A stretch of 32,000 bases of DNA. Origin: Acaryochloris marina S15. GTDB taxonomy: Bacteria; Cyanobacteriota; Cyanobacteriia; Thermosynechococcales; Thermosynechococcaceae. The stretch is from the NCBI RefSeq assembly GCF_018336915.1, contig NZ_CP064927.1, forward strand, positions 120,001 through 152,000. Reading direction: 5' to 3'. Numbering within the stretch: position 1 is the stretch's first letter; every line of letters begins with the position of its first letter. The position numbers and the translations under genes are program-made. This document shows, one piece after another, positions 1 through 9,348 of the stretch. The notes under the pieces were generated by a model that saw only the letters and a list, made by a program, of their open reading frames with translations, was not told where the DNA came from and did no database searches.

Positions 1-178
1 CTCTATCGTTGCTGTCACCGTGAGTACGTCATCATGAATCTCAACCGCTTGGGTATCGAACTGAGTCTCGACGTTTTCACTTCCCATTACCTGTATCCTG
101 CTGCCAGTGTAGGGTAACGCTAACACGAAGTTCCTGATTTATCGTCCGCTTGGGATAGGCCGATCTTTACACCGACTT

Positions 179-3100
179 ATGACCACTAGGGACGGGCCGA
201 TTATTACGAGTACTCCCGTCACCCAGTTTGGCCTGGCGGACGAAGTCTATCGCTATCAGCTCACGGCCAATGACCCTGAGGGGGATCCGTTGGTCTACAA
301 ACTGCTGGATGCCCCCCTCGGTGCCGTGATTGATCAGGAGACGGGAGAGCTACTTTGGTATCCCAATACCAGCGTAACGGCGGGCAGCACCACGCAATTC
401 TCCGTGCAGGTCGATGATCGGTTTGGCAATTCAGATCAGCAAACCTTTGAGGTCGATGTCGTCGGACAGCTGGGCAAGATTCAAGGGGTTGTTTTCTCTG
501 ATCTCAATAACAATGGCTATCGCGATACCAGTCTGGTACAAGGGGACTCCCCCGATGTCGTCTTTGCCATTGATGTCTCGGGGAGTACAGGTTTCCGCCT
601 CGTTGACTTAACAACGCAGGATATCAGCAGCTTGGATGAAACCACCGCGTCTATCCTCGATTTAGAACTGGCAACGACGATTGCTTTAAGTGAACAACTG
701 ATTGACCAGGGGCTGGGAGATACCGCCAAGATTGGGGTGGTGTTATGGAATACCAGCGGTCAGATTTTGGATATGGATCTGGCCCAACCCGGTATCCAGC
801 TGTATACCACTCCCCTAGCCGATACCAATAACAATGGCATCGCCGATCTGCGGGAAGCACTGGAAACAGTTAGTTCAGGTGGCTTTACGGACTTCACCCC
901 CGGACTGACCACAGCGAAAGGGGTGTTGGATAGCCTAGGTGGTGATCCAAACTTGATCTTCCTCTCTGATGGTCGAGGGGACCTGGATGAATCCATTGTC
1001 ACTGAGATTAATGAAGCAGGGATTAACCTAACCGCCTTTGGGATTGGGGCCGGGTCCAGTCTGGACCAAATCCAGAAGGTGGACCCCAATGCGATTCAAA
1101 TCTCCAATGTTGATGAGCTAGTCAATATCTTTAGTGGCTGGGATCCTCGATATTCCGTGGAACCCCTGTTAGAGAACATCACGGTCTACCTGGACCACAA
1201 CAACAATGGCGTTCTAGATCCCGATGAGCCCTACCAACTGACTCAGCCCGATAGCGGTAACTCCCGGTTAGGTGAAACTCGCTACTATTACTCCTTCGAG
1301 AATCTATTGCCTGGAACCTATACCGTCCGTCAGGTGGTACCCAATGGCTATGAAGAGACGAATCCCAGTAGTGGATCCTTTGTAGATGAAGTGACGGTCT
1401 CTGGAGGAGAAGTCTATGAGCATCTCTTTGGTCTCCATCCCATTAGTGGGCCTGCCAATTCCAATCCGGTGTTTATCACGGAGGCTCCCACTACCCCGCT
1501 CCAGGTGGGTGAGGAATTTATCTATCGAGCCCTTGCCCAAGATCCTGATGCAGATCCGATTCGCTATGACCTGCCGTTGGCCCCAGATGGGGTAACGATT
1601 GATGAGTCAGGCAATATCACCTGGATTCCCCAAGCAGATCAGGTGGGTCGCTTTGATGTGATTCTGCGGGTGCGAGATGACCAGGGGGGCACAACGCTAC
1701 AGACCTTTGCATTAGAAGTTGAGTCCAATAATCAAGCCCCCACCTTCACGTCTGGCTTGGATCATGCTCAACCCCAGGTGGGTAAAGCCTTCCAATACCA
1801 AGCCAAAGCCATAGATGCCGATGGGGATGTGCTCACCTATGAACTGGTGTCGGGTCCAAGTGGCGTCACCTTAGATAGCCAGACGGGTCTACTGAACTGG
1901 ACCCCTGTGAGTTCACAGTTAGGGAATCGCACGGTTCAACTGCGAGCGTTGGATGGCCAAGGAGGAGAGGCGATTCAGACCTTGGATCTAAGGGTGATCA
2001 ATCCCTTACCGAATCAGACTCCCACATTTACCTCAACGCCTAGAGAGCGCATCCGGTTGGGGAATACCTATTTCTATCAGGTGGATGCCACGGATGCCGA
2101 TGGTGATCCATTGACCTATAACTTATCGACCGCTCCAACGGGGATGGCGCTGCAAGATAATATCTTGGTCTGGACGCCCACGGCGGATCAGATGGGTGAG
2201 CATCAGGTAGTTCTCTCTGTCGATGATGGCCAGGGAGGGGTAGCGGCACAGACCTATACCCTGATGGTGGGCAATCAGCTGAGTAATGCCGCCCCTGAGA
2301 TTACCTCCACGCCGAATTTAGTCACGAATATAGAGCGAGAGTATCAGTACAACCTGACGGGGTCTGACCCAGATGGAGATTTGGTGCAGTGGCGCTTGGT
2401 CAATGGTCCTGAGGGTGTGGTGGTTGACCCGACTTCTGGCAGCTTGCGCTGGCAGCCGACGGTGGATCAGTTGGGGGCTCATACCTTAATCGTGGAGTTG
2501 AGTGATGCCTATGGTCTCTCGACTCAGCAGACCTTTGAAGTGCAGGTGAATGGGGCCAATACTCCCCCTGCCTTCTTGTCTACACCTTCCACCCGAGCCG
2601 CTCAAGACCAAGCCTATTCCTATCAGGTGATCGCTAAAGATCCAGAGCAGGATGAACTGACCTATAGCCTGGGGATTAACCCAGTGGGGATGACGATTGA
2701 TGCCCAGTCGGGTCTAATTCAATGGACCCCCGAGGCTAGCCAGTTGGGTGTCCATGATGTGGAAGTCCAGGTGCGGGATAGCCAAGGGGCTGTCAGTACC
2801 CAGACTTATCGATTAGAGGTGGGTGAAGCCCCGATTAATCAGGCTCCAACGATTACCTCCCGTCCGCTGTTCCAGGCTGATCTGCAGCAGCCCTATTCCT
2901 ATCAAATTGAAGCAACGGATCCAGAGGGTGGGGCGCTGTCCTACCAGTTACTGGAAGGTCCAGCGGGGATTACGGTGGATGCCCAAACAGGGGTATTGAC
3001 CTGGGATGCTCCTGTGGTGGGTGACCATCGCATTGTCGTCGCAGCCTATGATGTCGAGGGATTAGGGGCCGCTCAAGGCTATACCCTCAGGGCCTTAGCT

Positions 3101-6100
3101 AATGAGCTGCCCGTGATTCGGTCAACGCCAGAGACAACGGCTTTTGTCGGGGGTGAATATCGCTATGATGTTCAGGCTCAAGATCCAGAGGGTGGGGCAC
3201 TGACCTATGAGCTGGATGCTAATGCTCAAGCTTTAGGGGTCACCATTGATGACTATGGCCGCATTTTCTGGACGCCGACGACTGACCAGGTCGGTGTCTA
3301 TCCGATTACCTTGACGGTGACGGATGCTGCGGGAGCTAGCGTTGAACAACAGTTTGATTTGACGGTGCAGACGGATGATGTCGCTCCCGAGGTGCGGTTG
3401 GTGCCGAGTGTGGAACCCGCTGCCTTGGGTGAGTCCGTGTCTCTGTTTGCTTCTGCCACGGATAACGTTGGGGTGGATCTACTGAGCTTGACGGTGAATG
3501 GCCAAGCGGTGGCGCTGGATGCCAATGGCATTTATACCTTTACCCCAGATGCAGTGGGTGACGTGACGGCGATCGCGACAGCGAGGGATGCGGCTGGGAA
3601 TACCACCCAGACGGAGGCCACCTTCTCTGTACTAGATTTGACGGATGTGGATGCTCCTGAGATTAGCCTCCCGGATTTGAGCGGTCAGGTGTTTACGGCT
3701 CCCACGGAGATTGTGGGGACGGTGAATGATGACAATCTGGTCTACTACAGTTTGTCTGTCGCCAAGGTGGGGTCTGATGACTTCCGGGAAATCTTCCGAG
3801 GATCTGATCCGGTGGTGGATGGAGTGTTGGGAACTTTTGACCCCTCACTGTTAGAGAATGATGCCTACACCTTACGGTTGAATGCTGTGGATGCTGGCGG
3901 CAATGTCGTCACCCAGGATGAAGTGGTGACGGTAGCGGGTGAGCTGAAGTTAGGGAACTTCCAGCTATCGTTTACAGATTTGACGATTCCAGTAACGGGG
4001 ATTCCCATCTCGGTGACCCGGACCTACGATACTTTGACCAGCAATACCACCGATGACTTTGGCTATGGCTGGCGTTTGGAGTTCCGGGATACGGATCTAA
4101 GGACGAGTTTGCCTAAGGATGAGACCTTTGAGCAGTTGGGGGTCCGCACAGTTGGGTTTGAAACGGATACGCGGGTGTATATCACTCTGCCTGGGGGACA
4201 GCGACAAGGGTTTACCTTTAGACCTAGAGAGGATAACCGTTTTAATCTGATTGCTGGACCTACCTCTGCTAGACTTTTCCACCCTGAGTTTGTCGCTGAT
4301 GATGGAGTCACCAGTACTCTAACGGTGGAGGATGCCACTCTAGTCCGAGGGGCTGGCACAGATGAATTCTTTGGCGTTAATGGGGAAGCCTATAACCCGG
4401 CTGATGGTGGTTTTGGTGGGGTCTATACCCTGACGACGAAGGAAGAAATTGTCTACAAGATTGATGGGCAGTCAGGAGATCTGCTGTCGGTCACAGATAC
4501 GAATGGCAATACCTTGACCTATACCGATGGCGGCATCTTTAGTGATGCGGGCCCATCTGTCCTCTTTGAGCGGAATGCTCAGGGCCAGATCACTCGGGTC
4601 ACGGATCCATCTGGCCAACACATCACTTATGAATACGATGATCTCGGTGATTTAGTGGCCGTGACGGATCGGGAGGGGAATACCACTCGGTTTGGCTATG
4701 ACGATAATCGTGCTCACTATCTTGATGAAATTATTGACCCCTTGGGCCGCTCTGGCACCCGGTCTGAATACAACGATGACGGTCGTCTATCGAAACTGAT
4801 TGATGTCAATGGGGAAGCCCTTGAATTCATCTATGACCCGAATAACTCCTTGCAAGAAGTCAAGGATGTCTATGGGGTCTCCACTTTCTATGAATATGAC
4901 CAGCGGGGCAATGTGGTCTCCACTGTGGATGCTTACGGTACCCGCGTCAACCGAGACTATGACGAAGACAATAACCTCATCCGCGAAACGATTATTTCAG
5001 AGGAGACGGGACCAGAGGGCTATACCACCGAAATTGTCTACACCGATGAAGGTCAGGTGCTCTCGGGAACGAATGTCCTCAATCAGGAGTTTCGCAATAC
5101 CTACGATAGTGATGGCAATCTGCTTACTACGACCAATGCATTAGGACAGACGGTCACCTATACCTATGACCGCTATGGTAATCCCACCTCGGTGACAGAT
5201 GCTGCCCAACGACGGAGTGAATATGAGGTGGATGCGCGGGGCAATATTGTCTCTATCCTCAATGTGGAACAGAATCGCAGCCACTTTGAGTACGATGTCA
5301 ATGGCAATCTCACCCGGTCCGTGGATGTTCTAGGTAATGAAACCCTGTTCACCTATGACCAAAATGGCAATCGCACCAGCCGTACCCAGACCGTCACCAA
5401 GGCCGATGGCTCCACGGAAGAAATTACCACCACCTGGACCTATAACAGCAATAACCAGCTCCTAAGCCTGACCAATGCGGAAGGAGCCATCTTTAGCTAT
5501 GAATACAACGGGAGTGGCTATCTGGCAGCCTTTGTTGATGCCTTGGGCAACCGCACTGAATATCTCTACGACGATAAGGATCAGCTAGTCGAAACGATTT
5601 ACGCAGATGATACTCCAGATGACAACAGCGATAACTTGCGCTCTATCACCCTGTATGACCGGGGAGGGAGAACCCGTGCCGCTATCGATCCTGCAGGTCG
5701 GGTCACTCACTTTGTCTATGACTTACTTGGACGCCCCACAGAGGTGATTTATCCCCAAGGGTCTGAGACTTTAGAGCAGTTACTCGGTGCCATCGCGCCC
5801 GGACAGACCTTAGAAAGCGTGGATTGGGCTGATATCCTCTATCCCGATGACCCTCCCGCCTACTTATCAGATAACCCTCGCCGCCAGTGGGAATATTTCC
5901 CCGATGGCAAGGTTAAGGCTGAGATCGATGAACGAGGTCATCGGGTTGAATATCGTTATGACGAACTGGGACGGCTAATCGAGACTATCTTGCCGGATGA
6001 GACTCCTGACACTCTTGCCGATAACCCTCGCCTGTCGGCTGAATATGATGCCATCGGTCAATTGAGCCAGACCACGGATCCCCTCGGCCAGACGACTCGC

Positions 6101-9061
6101 TATGTCTATGATGATGCCGGGCAGGTGACACAAACACAATTTGCAGATGGGACGAGTGTGTCGGCGACCTATAACTTGCTGGGTCTGCAAACCTCCATTA
6201 CTGACCAAGAGAGCAATACCACCCTCTATCGGTACGACGGTTTAGGTCGCCTCTTAGAAATTGAAGATGCTCTGGCCTCGATTACCCGCTATGACTATGA
6301 CGATGTGGGTCGGCGAACTTCAACGACCAATGCTTTAGACCAAGTCACCCGCTATGACTATGACAAGGTGGGACGCCGCACCAGCATTGAGTTACCCGAA
6401 GGGCAAGAAGCCAGTTATGCCTATAACGCTAACGGCAATTTAGAAACTTATACGGACTTTGCAGGGAAGACTCAAGAATATGACTACGATGCCCTGAATC
6501 AGCTGATCTCCATTGCCTTTGCCAACGACCCCACCCAAGAGTTTACCTACACGGCGACGGGTCTAATCGAGACGATTACGGATGGTCGGGGCGTAACCCA
6601 GTTTGCCTATGATGAGCGGGACCGCCTGATTGCTCGCACGGATCCCAATGGACCCTACATCAGTCCAGGGGGACCGACCATTCAATATACCTATGACGAT
6701 GCCAGTAATCGCACCTCAGTCCAAACCCCCAATGGCACCACCACCTATGGCTTTGATGCTCAAAACCGCTTAAATAGCGTGATTGACCGAGATGGGTTCG
6801 AAACGACTTATCGCTATGACCTGGCTAGTCGGTTGGTGGAGACGGTCCTGCCCAATCAGGTAATTGAGCGTCGCGATTATGACGACTTGAATCGGTTGAC
6901 TCACCTATCCACGGTCAGACGAGATGAGGTGACGGGAGAAGAAACCCTAATCACCAGCTTTGAATACAGCCTCAATAAGATTGGGCACCGTCTGCAAGTA
7001 ACGGAATCGACGGGTCGAGTGGTCAGCTATGAATATGACCAGCTCTATCGTCTGACCAAGGAAACGATCTCTGACCCCAATGATCCCACGAATGATGGGC
7101 GAGTCACAGAGTATGAGTTAGATGCTTTAGGCAATCGACTACGCCGCATTGACTCCCTAGAGGGAGAAACCACCTATACCTATAACCAGAACAATCAGCT
7201 GCTAAGGGAGATAAGACGTCAAGGCGATGTAATTGAACAGGAAACTGTCTATGCCTATGACAACAATGGCAATTTACTGAGCAAGACGGTTAATGATTCA
7301 GAAGTAACCACCTATCGCTGGAATGATGAGAATCGACTGGTTGAGGTGGAACTGCCCAATGGCGACAGTATCAGCTTTGTCTATGACACCGCAGGTATCC
7401 AGGTCTCCCGGACACTGAATGGGGAAACAACGACGTTCATCATCGATAGCAATCGCCCCTATGCCCAGGTGATTGAGTCTTTAGATGATCAGACCCTGCT
7501 GGAATTTAAGACTTTTGGCATTGATCTAATTTCTCAATCGGATGAGAATGGAACGATTTATTTCCATACGGATGGATTAGGCAGTACACGGGCGATTACG
7601 GATGCCAATGGTGAGGTCCAGGACCGATTCAATTACAACGCCTTTGGAGAACTGTTAACGACAGAGAATAACAGTGATGTCGATAACCTATTCGCGGGTG
7701 AGCAGTACGATGCTGAGTTAGGTCTGCAATATCTACGGCAGCGTTTTTACGACCCCAGTACGGGTCGGTTTATCAGCCAGGATGCGTTTGAAGGGTTCTT
7801 GGATGACCCGATTACCCAGAATCGCTTTTTGTATGCCAATGCGAATCCAGTTACCTATACCGACCCTAGTGGATATTTCTCGATCTCGGAGCTAAATGCC
7901 GGAAAGATAATCAGCAATATCCTATCAAAAGGCTCAGCTGCCCTCAGTGCAACCGCTTCCACAGCAGTGAGTCGAACAATTGCGGGCGCTGCAACTGGCA
8001 TCTTTGGTACGGCGCTGGACAAGATTGCTAAAGGCGAAGATATCACCATTCCTGATTTATTATTAGGGGCTGGAGCTGGAGCTAGTTTTGGCTATTTAGC
8101 TCCAGCTATTGCTGCGACCGCTCCAGGTTATGCAATCGCAGGCTTGAGTCTCAACAATGCTAGAGAATCACTGGTAACGCTACATGAAGCTTTGAATGAC
8201 CCCAATGCTTCTGCAATACGAAAAACGGCGGCGTTTGTCCAAGCCTTGGAAAGTTTGTTTGATCTCAAACAAATTGTTACGAGTGGAATCCTATTTGGCC
8301 CCCAGTGTTTTGTTGCTGGAACTCCCATTCTCACACCCACTGGTAAGAAAGCCATTGATGAGCTAGAGCCTGGTGATTGGGTGCTCTCTTGGGATGATGA
8401 AACAGATGAGGTTACTGAGCGACAGGTGACGGAATGGTATCGCCGAGAAGCACCAGCTATTATTGACATCTTTATTGGTACAGAGAAAATCTCATGTACG
8501 CCAGAACATCCCTTCTGGGTTCCGGGCAAAGAATGGGTGTTGGCATCTCAAATTAAGAGGGGGACAGTTTTACAAAATCGTGCTGGAGAGGCAGTAGTAG
8601 TTGATGCTGTTCGTCGTCGCCATGAAATTACTCAAGTTTTCAATGTTGAGATTGATGGGCTGCACACTTATTTTGTTTCTAATCTCGAAATACTGTCGCA
8701 CAATATGTGCCAGAATAGACAACCTTCTCCTGCTGTCCCATATGATGATTATAGTCCTGAAGCAGTAAGTTCAAGGCAAAAACAAGCTCGTGAATACTAT
8801 GGTCAACTAGAAGAAGCTAATAATTCTCCTGCTGGACCTTCTGGGAGGAAAAAGCCAATACCAAAAATTTCAGGTAAAGAAGGATCTAAAGATATACCGT
8901 CATGGTTGAAACAAACAGGAGAGATACCATTTGTTGGTGAATCTGGAAAAGAATTTGCTAAGCGTGTGTTTGAAACTTATCGCCCAGGAGTGGAATACAA
9001 AAATGTGCCTAATTCGGAATTCAATAGAATAAAAAAATGGGCGGATCGAAACTTTAAATAA
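179..9061 (+). CDS. Giant RHS/YD-repeat polymorphic-toxin-type protein, 2960 aa (vWA + SdrD-B-like + cadherin-like repeats + Ig-like pair + RHS shell + Hint + small C-terminal domain)
   Basis: Single uninterrupted 8.9-kb ORF. Motifs read from the translation: MIDAS-like DVSGS...FTDFT...FLSDG (vWA); NNNGVLDPDE...TYTVRQVVPNGY (SdrD-B/Cna-B-like); ~92-aa repeats with YxYQxxAxDPDGDxLTY; dozens of YD repeats (xYxYDxxGN); core end RQRFYDPSTGRFISQDAF...NPVTYTDPSGY; Hint block CFVAGTPILT...HTYFV...LSHN. No Sec signal, PAAR or LXG-type N terminus noticed. The ORF opens directly inside a cadherin-like repeat, so the start and N-terminal completeness are uncertain. Confidence 0.9.
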   Translation: MTTRDGPIITSTPVTQFGLADEVYRYQLTANDPEGDPLVYKLLDAPLGAVIDQETGELLWYPNTSVTAGSTTQFSVQVDDRFGNSDQQTFEVDVVGQLGKIQGVVFSDLNNNGYRDTSLVQGDSPDVVFAIDVSGSTGFRLVDLTTQDISSLDETTASILDLELATTIALSEQLIDQGLGDTAKIGVVLWNTSGQILDMDLAQPGIQLYTTPLADTNNNGIADLREALETVSSGGFTDFTPGLTTAKGVLDSLGGDPNLIFLSDGRGDLDESIVTEINEAGINLTAFGIGAGSSLDQIQKVDPNAIQISNVDELVNIFSGWDPRYSVEPLLENITVYLDHNNNGVLDPDEPYQLTQPDSGNSRLGETRYYYSFENLLPGTYTVRQVVPNGYEETNPSSGSFVDEVTVSGGEVYEHLFGLHPISGPANSNPVFITEAPTTPLQVGEEFIYRALAQDPDADPIRYDLPLAPDGVTIDESGNITWIPQADQVGRFDVILRVRDDQGGTTLQTFALEVESNNQAPTFTSGLDHAQPQVGKAFQYQAKAIDADGDVLTYELVSGPSGVTLDSQTGLLNWTPVSSQLGNRTVQLRALDGQGGEAIQTLDLRVINPLPNQTPTFTSTPRERIRLGNTYFYQVDATDADGDPLTYNLSTAPTGMALQDNILVWTPTADQMGEHQVVLSVDDGQGGVAAQTYTLMVGNQLSNAAPEITSTPNLVTNIEREYQYNLTGSDPDGDLVQWRLVNGPEGVVVDPTSGSLRWQPTVDQLGAHTLIVELSDAYGLSTQQTFEVQVNGANTPPAFLSTPSTRAAQDQAYSYQVIAKDPEQDELTYSLGINPVGMTIDAQSGLIQWTPEASQLGVHDVEVQVRDSQGAVSTQTYRLEVGEAPINQAPTITSRPLFQADLQQPYSYQIEATDPEGGALSYQLLEGPAGITVDAQTGVLTWDAPVVGDHRIVVAAYDVEGLGAAQGYTLRALANELPVIRSTPETTAFVGGEYRYDVQAQDPEGGALTYELDANAQALGVTIDDYGRIFWTPTTDQVGVYPITLTVTDAAGASVEQQFDLTVQTDDVAPEVRLVPSVEPAALGESVSLFASATDNVGVDLLSLTVNGQAVALDANGIYTFTPDAVGDVTAIATARDAAGNTTQTEATFSVLDLTDVDAPEISLPDLSGQVFTAPTEIVGTVNDDNLVYYSLSVAKVGSDDFREIFRGSDPVVDGVLGTFDPSLLENDAYTLRLNAVDAGGNVVTQDEVVTVAGELKLGNFQLSFTDLTIPVTGIPISVTRTYDTLTSNTTDDFGYGWRLEFRDTDLRTSLPKDETFEQLGVRTVGFETDTRVYITLPGGQRQGFTFRPREDNRFNLIAGPTSARLFHPEFVADDGVTSTLTVEDATLVRGAGTDEFFGVNGEAYNPADGGFGGVYTLTTKEEIVYKIDGQSGDLLSVTDTNGNTLTYTDGGIFSDAGPSVLFERNAQGQITRVTDPSGQHITYEYDDLGDLVAVTDREGNTTRFGYDDNRAHYLDEIIDPLGRSGTRSEYNDDGRLSKLIDVNGEALEFIYDPNNSLQEVKDVYGVSTFYEYDQRGNVVSTVDAYGTRVNRDYDEDNNLIRETIISEETGPEGYTTEIVYTDEGQVLSGTNVLNQEFRNTYDSDGNLLTTTNALGQTVTYTYDRYGNPTSVTDAAQRRSEYEVDARGNIVSILNVEQNRSHFEYDVNGNLTRSVDVLGNETLFTYDQNGNRTSRTQTVTKADGSTEEITTTWTYNSNNQLLSLTNAEGAIFSYEYNGSGYLAAFVDALGNRTEYLYDDKDQLVETIYADDTPDDNSDNLRSITLYDRGGRTRAAIDPAGRVTHFVYDLLGRPTEVIYPQGSETLEQLLGAIAPGQTLESVDWADILYPDDPPAYLSDNPRRQWEYFPDGKVKAEIDERGHRVEYRYDELGRLIETILPDETPDTLADNPRLSAEYDAIGQLSQTTDPLGQTTRYVYDDAGQVTQTQFADGTSVSATYNLLGLQTSITDQESNTTLYRYDGLGRLLEIEDALASITRYDYDDVGRRTSTTNALDQVTRYDYDKVGRRTSIELPEGQEASYAYNANGNLETYTDFAGKTQEYDYDALNQLISIAFANDPTQEFTYTATGLIETITDGRGVTQFAYDERDRLIARTDPNGPYISPGGPTIQYTYDDASNRTSVQTPNGTTTYGFDAQNRLNSVIDRDGFETTYRYDLASRLVETVLPNQVIERRDYDDLNRLTHLSTVRRDEVTGEETLITSFEYSLNKIGHRLQVTESTGRVVSYEYDQLYRLTKETISDPNDPTNDGRVTEYELDALGNRLRRIDSLEGETTYTYNQNNQLLREIRRQGDVIEQETVYAYDNNGNLLSKTVNDSEVTTYRWNDENRLVEVELPNGDSISFVYDTAGIQVSRTLNGETTTFIIDSNRPYAQVIESLDDQTLLEFKTFGIDLISQSDENGTIYFHTDGLGSTRAITDANGEVQDRFNYNAFGELLTTENNSDVDNLFAGEQYDAELGLQYLRQRFYDPSTGRFISQDAFEGFLDDPITQNRFLYANANPVTYTDPSGYFSISELNAGKIISNILSKGSAALSATASTAVSRTIAGAATGIFGTALDKIAKGEDITIPDLLLGAGAGASFGYLAPAIAATAPGYAIAGLSLNNARESLVTLHEALNDPNASAIRKTAAFVQALESLFDLKQIVTSGILFGPQCFVAGTPILTPTGKKAIDELEPGDWVLSWDDETDEVTERQVTEWYRREAPAIIDIFIGTEKISCTPEHPFWVPGKEWVLASQIKRGTVLQNRAGEAVVVDAVRRRHEITQVFNVEIDGLHTYFVSNLEILSHNMCQNRQPSPAVPYDDYSPEAVSSRQKQAREYYGQLEEANNSPAGPSGRKKPIPKISGKEGSKDIPSWLKQTGEIPFVGESGKEFAKRVFETYRPGVEYKNVPNSEFNRIKKWADRNFK
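554..1132 (+). other. von Willebrand factor A-like domain within the giant ORF (aa ~126-318)
   Basis: VVFAIDVSGSTG (DxSxS MIDAS motif at nt 572-586), later GGFTDFTPGL (Thr) and LIFLSDGRGD (Asp), in the usual vWA order and spacing. Confidence 0.7.
1460..3370 (+). repeat. Tandem array of 7 cadherin-like/putative-Ig (He_PIG-type) coding repeats, period ~92 aa (~276 nt); an 8th copy is at nt 179-463
   Basis: Repeat starts read from the protein: NSNPVFITEAP, NQAPTFTSGL, NQTPTFTSTP, NAAPEITSTP, NTPPAFLSTP, NQAPTITSRP, NELPVIRSTP. Each is followed by xYxYQxxAxDPDGDxLTYxL ... GxxxWTPxxxQxGxxxV ... D.QGG...Q.F.L.V. Confidence 0.8.
3962..7876 (+). other. RHS/YD-repeat shell and RHS-associated core (aa ~1262-2566)
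   Basis: Starts with LSFTDLTIPVTGIPISVTRTYDT...FGYGWRLEF. Continuous YD repeats follow (e.g. ITYEYDDLGDLVAVTDREGNTTRFGYDD). Ends with LRQRFYDPSTGRFISQDAF...NRFLYANANPVTYTDPSGY (DPxG-type tip boundary at nt 7862-7876). Confidence 0.85.
7877..8305 (+). other. Gly/Ala/Ser-rich hydrophobic segment with glycine-zipper-like strings between RHS core end and Hint domain
   Basis: AGAATGIFGTAL and LLLGAGAGASFGYLAPAIAATAPGYAIAGL read from the translation. No family assignment possible by eye. Confidence 0.45.
8306..8704 (+). other. Hint (Hedgehog/intein-like) domain, pre-toxin HINT / bacterial intein-like type (aa 2710-2842)
   Basis: Begins CFVAGTPILTP (block A Cys), contains TPEHPFWV (block B-like) and HTYFV, ends LEILSHN. 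The residue after HN is Met, not Cys/Ser/Thr, so it is not a splicing intein. Confidence 0.85.
8705..9058 (+). other. C-terminal variable domain (candidate toxin), 117 aa: P/S/K-rich linker + ~65-aa basic block, family unassigned
   Basis: Position is distal to the RHS core and Hint domain. Sequence GKEGSKDIPSWLKQTGEIPFVGESGKEFAKRVFETYRPGVEYKNVPNSEFNRIKKWADRNFK. Noticeably more AT-rich than the RHS body. Confidence 0.5.
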
Positions 9062-9178
9062 GTATATTTTTGGTAATGAATGACACAGGCAGAACATGAA
9101 GAATTATTAGCTGAATAATTATTTAGATAAAAAACTTTATGCAAGCCGAAGCATTTCCCGATGAATATATAAAGTATA

Positions 9179-9291
9179 AAATTATAGCGGTTCCCGAATG
9201 AATGAAATACAATAAAGAGCCCTAGCCCCCTTGTAATATTTCATTGCAGTTACATCGCTATACCTCCCTTGAGAAAGAACCGCTATAATTT
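9179..9291. repeat. Palindromic element in the toxin/immunity gap: 15-bp perfect inverted repeat enclosing a second nested inverted repeat
   Basis: AAATTATAGCGGTTC (9179-9193) is the exact reverse complement of GAACCGCTATAATTT (9277-9291). Inner pair AATGAAATA (9201-9209) / TATTTCATT (9237-9245). Confidence 0.7.
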
Positions 9292-9348
9292 CAGAAAAAA
9301 ATGATTTATCTCTTTAATAAAATTTATAATTAGCTTTTAGCATTGATT

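Noticed and set aside
1-87. Possible minus-strand partial ORF leaving the window (MGSENVETQFDTQAVEIHDDVLTVTATIE...) and a plus-strand frame-1 ORF ending at ~117
   Set aside because: Only ~29-38 codons are visible, with no motif. The two alternatives are mutually exclusive, so neither can be supported.
1460-3370. Regular ~276-nt periodicity that could suggest a repeat array or CRISPR
   Set aside because: The periodicity is protein-coding (cadherin-like domains in one long ORF). Units are far too long and divergent for CRISPR, and there are no spacer-like unique segments.
414-8529. Many 60-130-aa ORFs nested or antisense within the giant gene (e.g. 4800-5144 +, 8128-8529 -, 760-1089 -)
   Set aside because: They lie inside a continuous, motif-rich 2960-aa frame and have low-complexity, Arg/Ser/Pro-rich translations typical of off-frame noise.
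8306-8704. Hint domain as a true splicing intein
   Set aside because: The residue after the terminal HN is Met rather than Cys/Ser/Thr. There is no homing-endonuclease insert, and the position just before a variable toxin tip fits a pre-toxin HINT/BIL cleavage module.
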